This document shows, one piece after another, positions 9,282 to 18,326 of a stretch of DNA of 64,000 nucleotides (positions are counted from its first letter, which is position 1; every line of letters begins with the position of its first letter). This DNA comes from an uncultured Actinomycetota bacterium. GTDB taxonomy: Bacteria; Actinomycetota; Actinomycetes; Mycobacteriales; Pseudonocardiaceae. The stretch lies in NCBI GenBank assembly GCA_963776255.1, contig CAVZMB010000022.1, positions 1,789 through 65,788 of the forward strand, read 5' to 3'. The notes under the pieces are model-generated. The model was not told the origin of the DNA. It did not search any database and saw only the letters and a program-made list of their open reading frames with translations. A program made the position numbers and the translations under genes.

Positions 9282-9470
9282 TGACTGCGACCCGGTTCGG
9301 CGTGACGTTCGGTCTCCAAGACCGCCGGCGTGGCGAGTCTCGGCCTCCAGTTCCCCACGAGGCGCTGCTCAACGCACAACGCACCGCGGTTTCGCAGTCC
9401 GAATCGCCGTTCCGTGGCATCGACGCTCCCCGTCTGATTTCCGCTGCCACGGCCATCTCAGTTGGAGGTT

Positions 9471-10397
9471 GTGTTGTCCCAGATCGCGAGGATCTTCGTG
9501 GTCGGTGCAGGAGTTGTCGGTGCCGCGACCGGCCGCGGGTTCTTGGCCGCCGGTCACGAGGTCACCTTCGTCGACAAGTCGACGAACCGAGTGCGCGAGC
9601 TGCGCGCTCAGGGCCTGGACGCCCGCACGACGTTAGACCTGGAAGGTGAGCCGGAGTCGTTCGTGTTCCTGAGCCTGCCCACGCCGAACTCCGGGCTTGA
9701 ATACGATCTTCGGGCCATCGCCGCTGGCTCCGCAGCGGTCGGTCAGGCACTGGCCCGAACGCCCAGGGCTCATACGGTCGTCGTGCGTTCCACGGTTCCG
9801 CCGGGCACGACCGAGGGCCTGGTGCGCCCGCTGTTGGAGCAGCATTCCGGCAAGCGGATGGGCAGCGACGGGTTCGGGTTGGCGGCCAATCCGGAGTTCC
9901 TGCGAGCCGTATCGGCCGAGCAGGACTTCCGGAATCCGTGGATGACAGTCATCGGCTCGCGCGACGTCCGGACCGTCGCGCGGCTTCGCGAGCTGCTGCG
10001 ACCGTTCGGTGGCCGGATGGAAACCTTCCGCGACTGTGAGTCTGCGGAACTGGTGAAGTGCGCGCACAACCTCTTCAACGCGACCAAGATCAGCTTCTGG
10101 AACGAGATGTGGCTCGTCGCCAGCAGCCTCGGTATCGATCCGGATCGGGTCGCGTCTACCGTCGCGGCCTCTGCCGAGGGTTCGACGAATCCGAAGTACG
10201 GCATCCGGGGCGGCGCTCCCTATGGCGGGGTGTGCCTGCCTAAGGACACCCGCGGGTTCCTCGGCTTCGCCGCCGACGACCTCGCCCTGGAGATGCACCT
10301 CCTGCGCGCGACCATTGCCGTCAACGAACAGCTAGGCGAGATGGTGGACCGCGAGGTGGCGGCCGCCGTCAACGAGGCAGTGCGGGCGTCGAGCTAG
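9471..10397 (+). CDS. Short GDP-mannose/UDP-glucose 6-dehydrogenase family protein (AlgD-like)
   Basis: GAGVVG Rossmann motif, RSTVPPGTT, NPEFLR, ELVKCAHN...KISFWNE, catalytic YGGVCLPKD. About 308 aa. Confidence 0.9.
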   Translation: MLSQIARIFVVGAGVVGAATGRGFLAAGHEVTFVDKSTNRVRELRAQGLDARTTLDLEGEPESFVFLSLPTPNSGLEYDLRAIAAGSAAVGQALARTPRAHTVVVRSTVPPGTTEGLVRPLLEQHSGKRMGSDGFGLAANPEFLRAVSAEQDFRNPWMTVIGSRDVRTVARLRELLRPFGGRMETFRDCESAELVKCAHNLFNATKISFWNEMWLVASSLGIDPDRVASTVAASAEGSTNPKYGIRGGAPYGGVCLPKDTRGFLGFAADDLALEMHLLRATIAVNEQLGEMVDREVAAAVNEAVRASS

Positions 10398-11609
10398 ATG
10401 GCGCTGCCGCTCTACTACTACGTCCTTGGCACCCCGCTTGGCGTGCTGGGACTTATCAGGTGGGGGTGTTGGCTCGTCCGGCGGATGCCCGCCGTGCTCT
10501 ACAAGCCGATCAAGAACGACTTCCGGCTGCCGATCAGCGTGGTCGTGCCCGTGTACCAGGAGGACCCAGAGCTGTTCGCCACCGCGATCGAATCGTGGCT
10601 GGCGAACCCGGTCAGCGAGATCATTCTGGTGATCGACGTGTCGGACCAGGCCTGTCAGGCCGTGGCTCGCCGCTACCCGGTGACCGTGCTGATCACGGAC
10701 GTGCCGGGCAAGCGGGATGCGTTGCTTCGCGGGTGGCGGGCTGCGTCGACGGAGTTGGTCGCGCTGGTGGACTCCGACACGGTCTGGGCTCCCGACGTCG
10801 CCGACGAGGTGTGCAAACCCTTTGCCGATCCTCGCATCGGCGGCGTCGGCACCCGGCAGAGTGTCTACGGGTCGAAGGGATTCCTGGCCCGGATCACCGA
10901 CATGTATCTCGACCACCGCTACTTCGACGAGAACGCCAGCCAGAGCCTGCTGGGTCAGGCCGTTTCGTGCCTGTCCGGGCGCACCGCGATCTACCGTCGC
11001 TCGCTGCTGTCTCAGGCCGAACACGAGTTCATGAACGAGACCTTCTGGGGGGTGCCCTGCCTCTCCGGCGATGACAAGCGGCTGACTACCCTGACCCTCG
11101 CCGGCGGACACCTCACCTATATGCAGCGCAGCGCGCTTGTCTGGTCGACCTTCCCGACCCGGTGGAAGGTGTTCTTCAAGCAGCGGTTGCGATGGGCCCG
11201 GAACACCTGGCGCTCCGACATTCGTGCGCTGTCCAATCGGTGGGTGTGGGGACACCCATTTCTGGCTTACACCATGATCGACAAAGGGATCAGTAGCTTC
11301 ACCCTGCTGGTCGGGCCGGCATTCATGATCTACTCCTTGATCGTCCAGAACTGGACGTTCGTCGTGGTTCTGGCGCTGTGGTGGCAGGTCAGCCGGTCCG
11401 CGAAGCTGGCGCCGCACATCCGGCGGCGACCGTCGTCGTTCTTCTTCGTTCCTGGCTATGTCGTGGTGTCCTGGATCATGGCGCTGATCAAGATCTATGC
11501 GCTGATGACCATCCGCAAGCAACGCTGGCTCACCAGACACGTGGCCGTCGAGAACGGCGCGGTGGTGCGGACCGGACAATCGCCCGACCCGCTGGGTGCG
11601 CGCGCGTGA
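10398..11609 (+). CDS. Processive GT2 polysaccharide synthase (Alg8/HAS/NodC-like)
   Basis: N-terminal TM, VDSD, CLSGR, SGDDKRLT, QRLRW, C-terminal TM helices; starts immediately after the dehydrogenase stop. Confidence 0.9.
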   Translation: MALPLYYYVLGTPLGVLGLIRWGCWLVRRMPAVLYKPIKNDFRLPISVVVPVYQEDPELFATAIESWLANPVSEIILVIDVSDQACQAVARRYPVTVLITDVPGKRDALLRGWRAASTELVALVDSDTVWAPDVADEVCKPFADPRIGGVGTRQSVYGSKGFLARITDMYLDHRYFDENASQSLLGQAVSCLSGRTAIYRRSLLSQAEHEFMNETFWGVPCLSGDDKRLTTLTLAGGHLTYMQRSALVWSTFPTRWKVFFKQRLRWARNTWRSDIRALSNRWVWGHPFLAYTMIDKGISSFTLLVGPAFMIYSLIVQNWTFVVVLALWWQVSRSAKLAPHIRRRPSSFFFVPGYVVVSWIMALIKIYALMTIRKQRWLTRHVAVENGAVVRTGQSPDPLGARA

Positions 11610-14064
11610 AGGGCCCCTCGAACGCCCATCGACGGCGCTGGCGGCTGGTGCTGATCGTGCTGACCGTAGGCATCACCGGCTGGGCTTCCCCCGGGGTGGC
11701 CGTCGCCGGTCCCACCCAACCACCGCAGCCCGCTCCGACGCCTCCCGCCCAAACCAACCCGGCTCCGGCGCCAGCCCCGGCGCTCCGGCTCCCGCGCCGG
11801 CGCCGGCTCCCGCGCCCGCCCCGGCTCCGGCACCTCCTCCGGTGCCGGTCCCGGACCCGGCGGCGGAGGCGGCGGCTGCGGCCGCGCGGGCTGCCGAGCT
11901 AGCCCGTGAACGGGCCGCGCAAGCCGCCGAGGACCAGGCGGAACAGGCCAGGGCCGCGCAGACTGCCCGAATCTCGTGGGAGAAGCGCGGCCGGCCCAAC
12001 CGGCTGGTGCTGGTCCGTCGGACCAGCGTCGACTCGGTGAGCGCCGGATCCCTGGTGCAGCACCTTCGACGTCCGCCAGGTGCCCTGACCCTGTCCGCGC
12101 TCAATGCGTACCTGCCGGAATCGTGGCTGTTGATCTCGGATGGAACGGCGAGCCTGTCGGCGACCCTGGTGCTCTCGCAGGGCGTCGCGCTCGACGTCGG
12201 CGGCGACATTCGGACCGTGAAGCTCGTCGGCGGAGCGACCGCGGCCCAGGCGTCTTCGATCTTCACCGGTGGAGGCCAGCTCACGGTCCGGGGCGCGACG
12301 ATCACGTCAGCAGACCCGCGATCCCAGGAGGCCATGCCCGCAACGGAGGGCAGGCCGGTCATCGCGGTGGGCCGCGGTGGGCGTTTCAACGCGACCGACG
12401 TGACGATCAGCGACCTTGGAACACCGGGTACCGATATCGATCGCGGGCTGCCCGGCTTGCGGTACAACCCGGGCAGCAGCGGCGCCCTGGTCCGGACAAC
12501 ATTCCTGCGCAACAGCACAGGTCTCAGGCTTTCCGGTACCCAGAGCGCGCGCTTGGAGGATGTCACGGTTGCCGACTCGGCCGGCGACGGTCTGGTTCTC
12601 GAGGGCGACCAGGGCAGCACCGTCAAGGGCGTGCGAGCCGAACGCAATGGTGGCAGCGGCGTCCTGGTGACCGGTCCGGCCAGGGACAGCGCGGTCGGCG
12701 GCATTACGACGGAGGGCAACGGAGCGTTCGGCGTCACGATGATCGGGCAATCCAAGCAGCTGATCAGCGGCGTCGTCACGGCCAACGACAAGGCCGGCGG
12801 GCTTCGGGTGGGCCGCTCCACCGAGATCACGGTCACGGCCTTCCGCGCGACCGATCAGCCGATGGGGGTCTTCACCAACCTCGGATCCACCCAGATCACG
12901 CTCGACGGCATCCAGATCACTGGCGGGCGTCGTGGCGTGGTGGTGGAGAAATCCACCGAGCACGTCACGGTGATCGGCTCGACGATCGAGGGCTCGAAGG
13001 TCGCCGGCATCGCCATCGGCGGGCGCGAGGTCGAGCTGCGCGACGTGACCGTACGCGACGCGCATGCAGGGGTGCGGGTGGAACGCGGCGCGGCCGGGGT
13101 CCGAGCCACCGGCCTGACGTTGACCGGCGGGGAGGACGGGTTCGTCGCGTCGGCAGGCGCGTCGCGAATCGTCATGCAGAACCTGGTGGCGGACGGCGTC
13201 AGGAACGACGCTGTGCGGACATTCAGCCCGAACACAGAGATCAGCGGCGGCAAGATCAGCGGCGGCGCGACCGGCATCGATACCGGGGTGGCGACCACGA
13301 TCTCGGACACCGAGATCACGCTGTCCAACCAGGGGATCCGGGTGCGCGCAACAGAGCCCGTCATGGCCGAGCGCGTCAGCGTCGCGGCCGTCGCGGTCGG
13401 GGTCAACGTCGAGCCGGGCAGCCCGGTGACGCTCACCGACTCCCGCGTCTACGCCCTGGAATCGGTACGCGGCGATATGAAGAACGACGTCAAGTTGCTA
13501 GGTGCGAACGACTTCAGCCTTCCGCCGCTCAATGTGCTCGGCGCGATCGGCGTCCCGCTCATCCTGCTGGCATATGCCCTCGAGCAGGTGCACACCTTCC
13601 GCCAGCGCCGGGCCGGGGCCGCGGTTCGACGACGGCGACCTCCCCGCGTCGCGTCCACTGGATCATCGGCCGTTGTCGAGAAGCCGACGGAGCCCCCGAC
13701 GGTACCGCTGGCCCGGCGAACAGCCCCGACTACTGCTGCTCCGCAACGACGGCCGGGCCTACCCGTCATCTCCCCCTACCCGTCGCGGCTGGCGCCGCCA
13801 CGAGCGCGCGTCGCTCAGCAAGCGCCCCTGATCCCGCGCCCAAGGCGGCCGGCGACAGTCTCCGCCACCACGCGTCAGAATGGCGCACCGACCAATCAGC
13901 TGCGGAGAAACGGCCAGCCGGGCGCGCACGCTCCACCCGAGGATCAGCAGGCGAGACAACCTCTGCCCAATGGTCAGCTGCCGAGGCAGCGATCCGCCGT
14001 CCTGCCCTCGCCCAACGCCCAGCGGCCCAGGCCCAGGCTGCAGACGACACGGCGTGGCCGATGA
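11606..14064 (+). CDS. Secreted right-handed beta-helix protein with C-terminal TM anchor (indel near 11780)
   Basis: GTGA overlap with the GT2 stop; signal peptide RRRWRLVLIVLTVGITGWASPGVAVA; Pro-Ala linker; PbH1-like repeats; TM VLGAIGVPLILLAYAL; Pro/Arg tail. Confidence 0.8.
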
Positions 14065-15407
14065 TGCCGATCAGAACCCATCGCACGTGCGGGCGGGCCG
14101 CGCTGCTGGTCGGGTCCGTGCTGTGCCTGGTCTTGAGCGCCTGTTCCTCGCAGCCGGCACCGCTGGAACGTCGCGATGTTTCCCCTGCGGCGCAGATCGA
14201 TCCGGCTCGGCCCTGCGTCCGCGAAGCGCAGCACGTCGATCCTGGCGAAGACGGATCGTCGAAGGATGTGGAGGCAACGTTCGACCGAGGCGCCAACAAG
14301 ATCGTGCTCAGCGCCGGTGAGGGCGTCACGGTCCCCGCGCTGAGCCGGGCTGTGGCCGATCAATCCGCACTGCGCGAGCTCGCGCCGGGCGAATGGCTGT
14401 TCGGCGCAAACCTCGAGGTGCTCAAAGGTGCTTCGCTGCGGATCGCGTCGCCTACCGTGCGCTGGCTCAAGCTGAGCAGCGCTGGGCAGCGCTTCGTGAC
14501 GATCAAGGCCATCGGCGGCAACCTCGACATCAGCGGTACGTGCATCACCTCGTGGGACTCCCAGCAGGAACGCGCCGACACCGAGCACCTGGACGGCCGC
14601 AGCTTCCTGCTCGCCAAGGACGGCGGGCAGATGACCATCGACCGTGCCGAGCTGCGGTACCTCGGCTTCGGCGCCGTCGAGTCATACGGGCTGTCGTGGC
14701 GAATTGAGGGCACGGGCGGACGAATCACCAACAGCGTGGTATCTCACCTGTACTTCGGCCTCTACACCTACGCCGTCGGCGGCCTGGTGGTGGAAGGCAA
14801 CGAGTTCCACGACAACGTGCTGTACGGGATCGACCCACATACCGGTTCCCATGACTTGCGAATAGAGCGCAACGTCGTACACGACAACGGCAAGCACGGA
14901 ATCATTCTTGCCGAAGAGTGCACGGCAAGCGTGATACGAGACAATGTCGTCTACCGCAACCGTCATCACGGAATCGTGCTGTACTTGCACGCCGACCGGA
15001 ACACAATCGAGGGTAACCACTCGTTCCAGAACGAAGCCCAAGGCATTAATATCAACGAGTCCTCGAACAACACGATTCGTGCCAACCACGTGTACGACAA
15101 CGGCGAGTCGGGAGTGGGAGTCGGCCAGCGCTCGCAGGACAACCTGTTGGATCAGAACGAGGTCCGGGCCAACAAGCAGGACGGTGTGCGCTTGGTGAGC
15201 GAGGCAACGCGGACGACCGTGCAAGGAAACGTCATCGGCGAGAACGCCCGATACGGCATCTATATCGACAGCGACGGAGAATTCACTCTCGCGGGCAACC
15301 GGATCTTCGGCAGTCAGGTCGGCGTGCTGCGAAAGGGCCCGACCGACACCCAAGCCGGAAACAACGCGTTCCACGACAACAGTGAGGCCGACGTGAAAAA
15401 CCGATGA
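14061..15407 (+). CDS. AlgG-like mannuronan C5-epimerase, lipoprotein
   Basis: ATGA overlap; LSAC lipobox; LGFGAVESYGLSW; YFGLYTY...GNEFHDNVLYGIDPHTGSHDLRIERN...KHGII matches the AlgG catalytic region as recalled. Confidence 0.82.
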   Translation: MMPIRTHRTCGRAALLVGSVLCLVLSACSSQPAPLERRDVSPAAQIDPARPCVREAQHVDPGEDGSSKDVEATFDRGANKIVLSAGEGVTVPALSRAVADQSALRELAPGEWLFGANLEVLKGASLRIASPTVRWLKLSSAGQRFVTIKAIGGNLDISGTCITSWDSQQERADTEHLDGRSFLLAKDGGQMTIDRAELRYLGFGAVESYGLSWRIEGTGGRITNSVVSHLYFGLYTYAVGGLVVEGNEFHDNVLYGIDPHTGSHDLRIERNVVHDNGKHGIILAEECTASVIRDNVVYRNRHHGIVLYLHADRNTIEGNHSFQNEAQGININESSNNTIRANHVYDNGESGVGVGQRSQDNLLDQNEVRANKQDGVRLVSEATRTTVQGNVIGENARYGIYIDSDGEFTLAGNRIFGSQVGVLRKGPTDTQAGNNAFHDNSEADVKNR

Positions 15408-15432
15408 GGCAACTCGGCCGGCCCGTCCGGGC

Positions 15433-15756
15433 TCACGCCAGGACAACCTCCGCCATCTCCGACCAGCCCGCGCCCGGCAGCTCCTGATAAACGATCTTCG
15501 GCACCGACGCGACCACGGACGGCAGCCAGCCGAAGAACCTCTGCGCATGCTCGGAGGCCACGTGCGCCTCGCCGGCCGCCTGGTCGACGTAGTTGGCTAT
15601 CACGGCGTACTCGTCGGGCCGCTCGACGCTCGCGAAGCAGCTGAAGACGAGGTTGCCCGGCTCCTCCCGAACCCGTGCCGAGTACCGGGTGATTCCGGCC
15701 AGAAAGTCCTCCTTCTTCTCTGGGCGGATGTCGATCCTGATGACGATGAAGATCAC
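15433..15756 (-). CDS. Antibiotic biosynthesis monooxygenase / putative quinol monooxygenase
   Basis: VREEPGNL and AHVASEH; 107 aa; GGAGG RBS. Confidence 0.85.
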   Translation of the reverse strand: MIFIVIRIDIRPEKKEDFLAGITRYSARVREEPGNLVFSCFASVERPDEYAVIANYVDQAAGEAHVASEHAQRFFGWLPSVVASVPKIVYQELPGAGWSEMAEVVLA

Positions 15757-15864
15757 GACGCCTCCGATGAGCCTCGGCACTGTGGTCCAGGTGTACCGCA
15801 CTCCCGACGTCCTCGGTGTCTCATCCAGGACCACCTAACGAGTCGATCGCCGCGGCGAACATCA

Positions 15865-15931
15865 TGATCAACGGCGGCGATGTACGGCCCTATTGCACGA
15901 AGGTGCCGTTCGTGGGCGGCTAACGGGGCGG
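15865..15931 (+). repeat. 67-bp dispersed intergenic repeat, copy 1
   Basis: 53/67 nt identical (hand count) to the reverse complement of 62586-62652. Confidence 0.75.
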
Positions 15932-15972
15932 GGGCGGACGGCGGGGCGGCGCGCTGCTACCTGTGTGCGGGG

Positions 15973-16593
15973 CTACGTGTTGAGCTCGTAGGTGCCGTAG
16001 GTCGGCGGGCCGGTCGGCGTGTAGGTCTGCAACGTGAGCCCGGCCGGCGTCGTCCTGGACTCTGTGAGCCGGAATCCGGCCGCCTCACCGGTGTCCGGGA
16101 ACAGTCGCCGGCCGGCACCGACCACCACCGGCGCGATCACCAACCGCAGCGTGTCGACCAGGCCGGCGGCCAGCATCGACCGGGCCAGCCGCGCGCTGCC
16201 GTGGATCTGCAGCTCTCGACCCGGCCGCTGCTTCAACTCGGCGACCTGGGCCGCGACGTCCCCGGACAGGATCGTGCTGTGCTGCCAGTCGTCGGCCGAG
16301 CGAAGGGTCCGCGAGGCAACGTACTTGGGCAGGTTGTTCAGCTTGGCGGCGATCGCGTCGTCCGGGTCGGTGACCTTGGGCCACGCCTGCGAGAAGATGT
16401 TCCAGGTCTGTCTGCCGAGCAGGAACGCGTCCGCCTCGGTCATCCAGGTCTCGACCTGACGCAGGAACTCGTCGTCCACGTGCGGCACCAGCCAGCCACC
16501 GCGGGTGAACCCGTCGCTGGTGTCCTCGTCCGGTGCGCCCGGGCCCTGCGCCACGCCGTCCAGCGAAAGGAACTCCATCAACGTCAACTGCAC
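15973..16593 (-). CDS. Dihydrofolate reductase family (RibD C-terminal) protein
   Basis: EFLSLDGVAQGPG, LLGRQTW, PKYVASRTL, IHGSARLA, PVVVGAGRRLF. Confidence 0.9.
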   Translation of the reverse strand: MQLTLMEFLSLDGVAQGPGAPDEDTSDGFTRGGWLVPHVDDEFLRQVETWMTEADAFLLGRQTWNIFSQAWPKVTDPDDAIAAKLNNLPKYVASRTLRSADDWQHSTILSGDVAAQVAELKQRPGRELQIHGSARLARSMLAAGLVDTLRLVIAPVVVGAGRRLFPDTGEAAGFRLTESRTTPAGLTLQTYTPTGPPTYGTYELNT

Positions 16594-16734
16594 TGCGCGC
16601 CTCCTCGTTCTTCTACACCGGTGCTTCGATAGCGGTCCTCTGCAGGGACCCGCACCACCCAGCGGAGTCATCGGTCGGAGCTGCGTACGATCTTGACTCA
16701 GAAGATCGACCCGTGCCGCCGAGGAGCCAAGGCG

Positions 16735-17466
16735 ATGCCGCTGTCTGTCGAAGAGATCACCGCGCAGCGCTTCCGGATGCGGTTTCGCGGCTACGACCCG
16801 AAGGAGGTCGACGCCTTCCTGGAGCGGGTGGCGGCGGACCAGGTCGAGGCCCGGCAGCTGATCGCCACTCTTAGCGCGGAGAGTCAGCGCTCCGCGGACG
16901 AACACAGCGCGCTCGCTGCCGAGTTCACCGCACTGGCCGAGCGGGCGCGGCTCGCCGCCGAGCAGAGCCGTCAGGAGGCCGAGGAAGACGCCGCCCGGGT
17001 GCGTGATCGCGGCGAGCAGGCGGCCTCCGCGATCCTGCACCAGGCCGAACAGGCGGCCGAGGCGGTCCTGCGCCAGGCCAACAAGCTGCGCGCCGCCGCC
17101 GAGGAGGACGTGGTCAACGCCCGTCGCGAGGCGGACGCTGCCCGGCAGCGCCGCGACGCGGCGACCGCTGCCGCGGACCGGCGCCGCGACGCGCTCCGCG
17201 GGCTGGAGGCCCGGCTCGCCGAGCGGCTCCGCGACACCGATAACGCGCTAGCCCAGCTGCGCAGCCGGGTGGACGTGCTCGGCGAGGTGCACCGCCTCGA
17301 GGAGCTCATCGCGGCGGTCCGCTCCGACACCTGGGCCGAGTGGGCCGCCGTCGAGGGCGACTCGGCTCCCGTCGTGGATCGCGACGCCGACGAGGACGGT
17401 CCTAACGAGGGACCCCGGCCGGCGCCGCGATCCGGGCCCGAAGCGACGCCACCTCGGCCGGCGTGA
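16735..17466 (+). CDS. DivIVA-domain coiled-coil protein
   Basis: LSVEEITAQRFRMRFRGYDPKEVDAFLERV followed by a long coiled coil. Confidence 0.85.
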   Translation: MPLSVEEITAQRFRMRFRGYDPKEVDAFLERVAADQVEARQLIATLSAESQRSADEHSALAAEFTALAERARLAAEQSRQEAEEDAARVRDRGEQAASAILHQAEQAAEAVLRQANKLRAAAEEDVVNARREADAARQRRDAATAAADRRRDALRGLEARLAERLRDTDNALAQLRSRVDVLGEVHRLEELIAAVRSDTWAEWAAVEGDSAPVVDRDADEDGPNEGPRPAPRSGPEATPPRPA

Positions 17467-18268
17467 GGGCGATCCCGAACGTCGTGGTCAGCTCGTGCAC
17501 GACCTCGTCGTCGGAGAGAGCCCGCGGGTCGTCGTCACCGTCCGGGCGGCTGCGAAGCAGTTCGTGGTCCCGCAGGATCAGCCGGAACGTCGGCTCGGTG
17601 CGCATCGCCAGCGGGTGACCGACGAACGGCGAGGACGGGTGGGTGGCGGTGAAGTGGTTCGCGACCACGTAGTCGACGTGATGCTGCGGTTCGAGGGTGA
17701 ACGTGTACAGGTCGGACCAGTCGGCCGGGCTGCCGAGCCGGGAGCGCAGCCGCCAGACGTCGGCCGGGGCACGCTCGACGCGGAAGGTCCAGTCGTCCTG
17801 CCGGCTCACCGCCCCGTCCTCGAACCGCACGGGCTCGAGCAGGGACGCACCGAACCCGACATCCGCCAGCCACCGCGAGCCACCCTGATCGCGGACCATG
17901 AGCAGCATGTGTGAGCGGGGACGTAGCTGCTCCAGGGCCCCGACCCGGGCGGCGAGCCGAGTGACCGAGTAGCCGAGCCGCTCCAGGACCGCCCCGAACA
18001 GCAGGCTGTGCTCGTAGCAGTAGCCACCCCGCTGCCGCCGGACCAGCTTGTCCTCCAGGTCGTCGAGGTCGAGCCGAGGTGTGCCGCCGAGCAATATGTC
18101 CAGGTTCTCGAACGGGATCGTCGTGGCGTGCGCCCGGTGCAGGCCGCGGAGCGCCGCAGCGGTCGGGTCGGTCGCGCCGCGATATCCGGTCCTGGCCAGG
18201 TAGCCGCCGAGATCGAGCCTGTCGATGTCCCACTCGGCGGCGGACCGCGGCCGGATCGTGTCGGTCAT
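17402..18268 (-). CDS. nat: Arylamine N-acetyltransferase
   Basis: IPFENLD, RGGYCYEH, SHMLL, LADVGFG (Cys-His-Asp triad). Confidence 0.93.
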   Translation of the reverse strand: MTDTIRPRSAAEWDIDRLDLGGYLARTGYRGATDPTAAALRGLHRAHATTIPFENLDILLGGTPRLDLDDLEDKLVRRQRGGYCYEHSLLFGAVLERLGYSVTRLAARVGALEQLRPRSHMLLMVRDQGGSRWLADVGFGASLLEPVRFEDGAVSRQDDWTFRVERAPADVWRLRSRLGSPADWSDLYTFTLEPQHHVDYVVANHFTATHPSSPFVGHPLAMRTEPTFRLILRDHELLRSRPDGDDDPRALSDDEVVHELTTTFGIALTPAEVASLRARIAAPAGVPR

Positions 18269-18326
18269 GCGTTGCTCCCCCGCGCCCCGATGATCACCGC
18301 CTCCTACGGTACGCGCGAGCCGCCGG

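Noticed and set aside
9045-9460. Riboswitch in the long gap before the dehydrogenase
   Set aside because: No recognisable c-di-AMP or c-di-GMP aptamer consensus by eye; an Rfam scan is needed.
9471-11609. Hyaluronan (hasB/hasA) operon
   Set aside because: The motifs are compatible, but the flanking PL7 lyase and AlgG-type DPH protein fit a mannuronan polymer better. Not formally excluded.
11976-15407. 1143-aa ORF in the track
   Set aside because: The first 695 codons are an off-frame shadow of the upstream gene; the real start is ATG 14061, with a lipoprotein signal.
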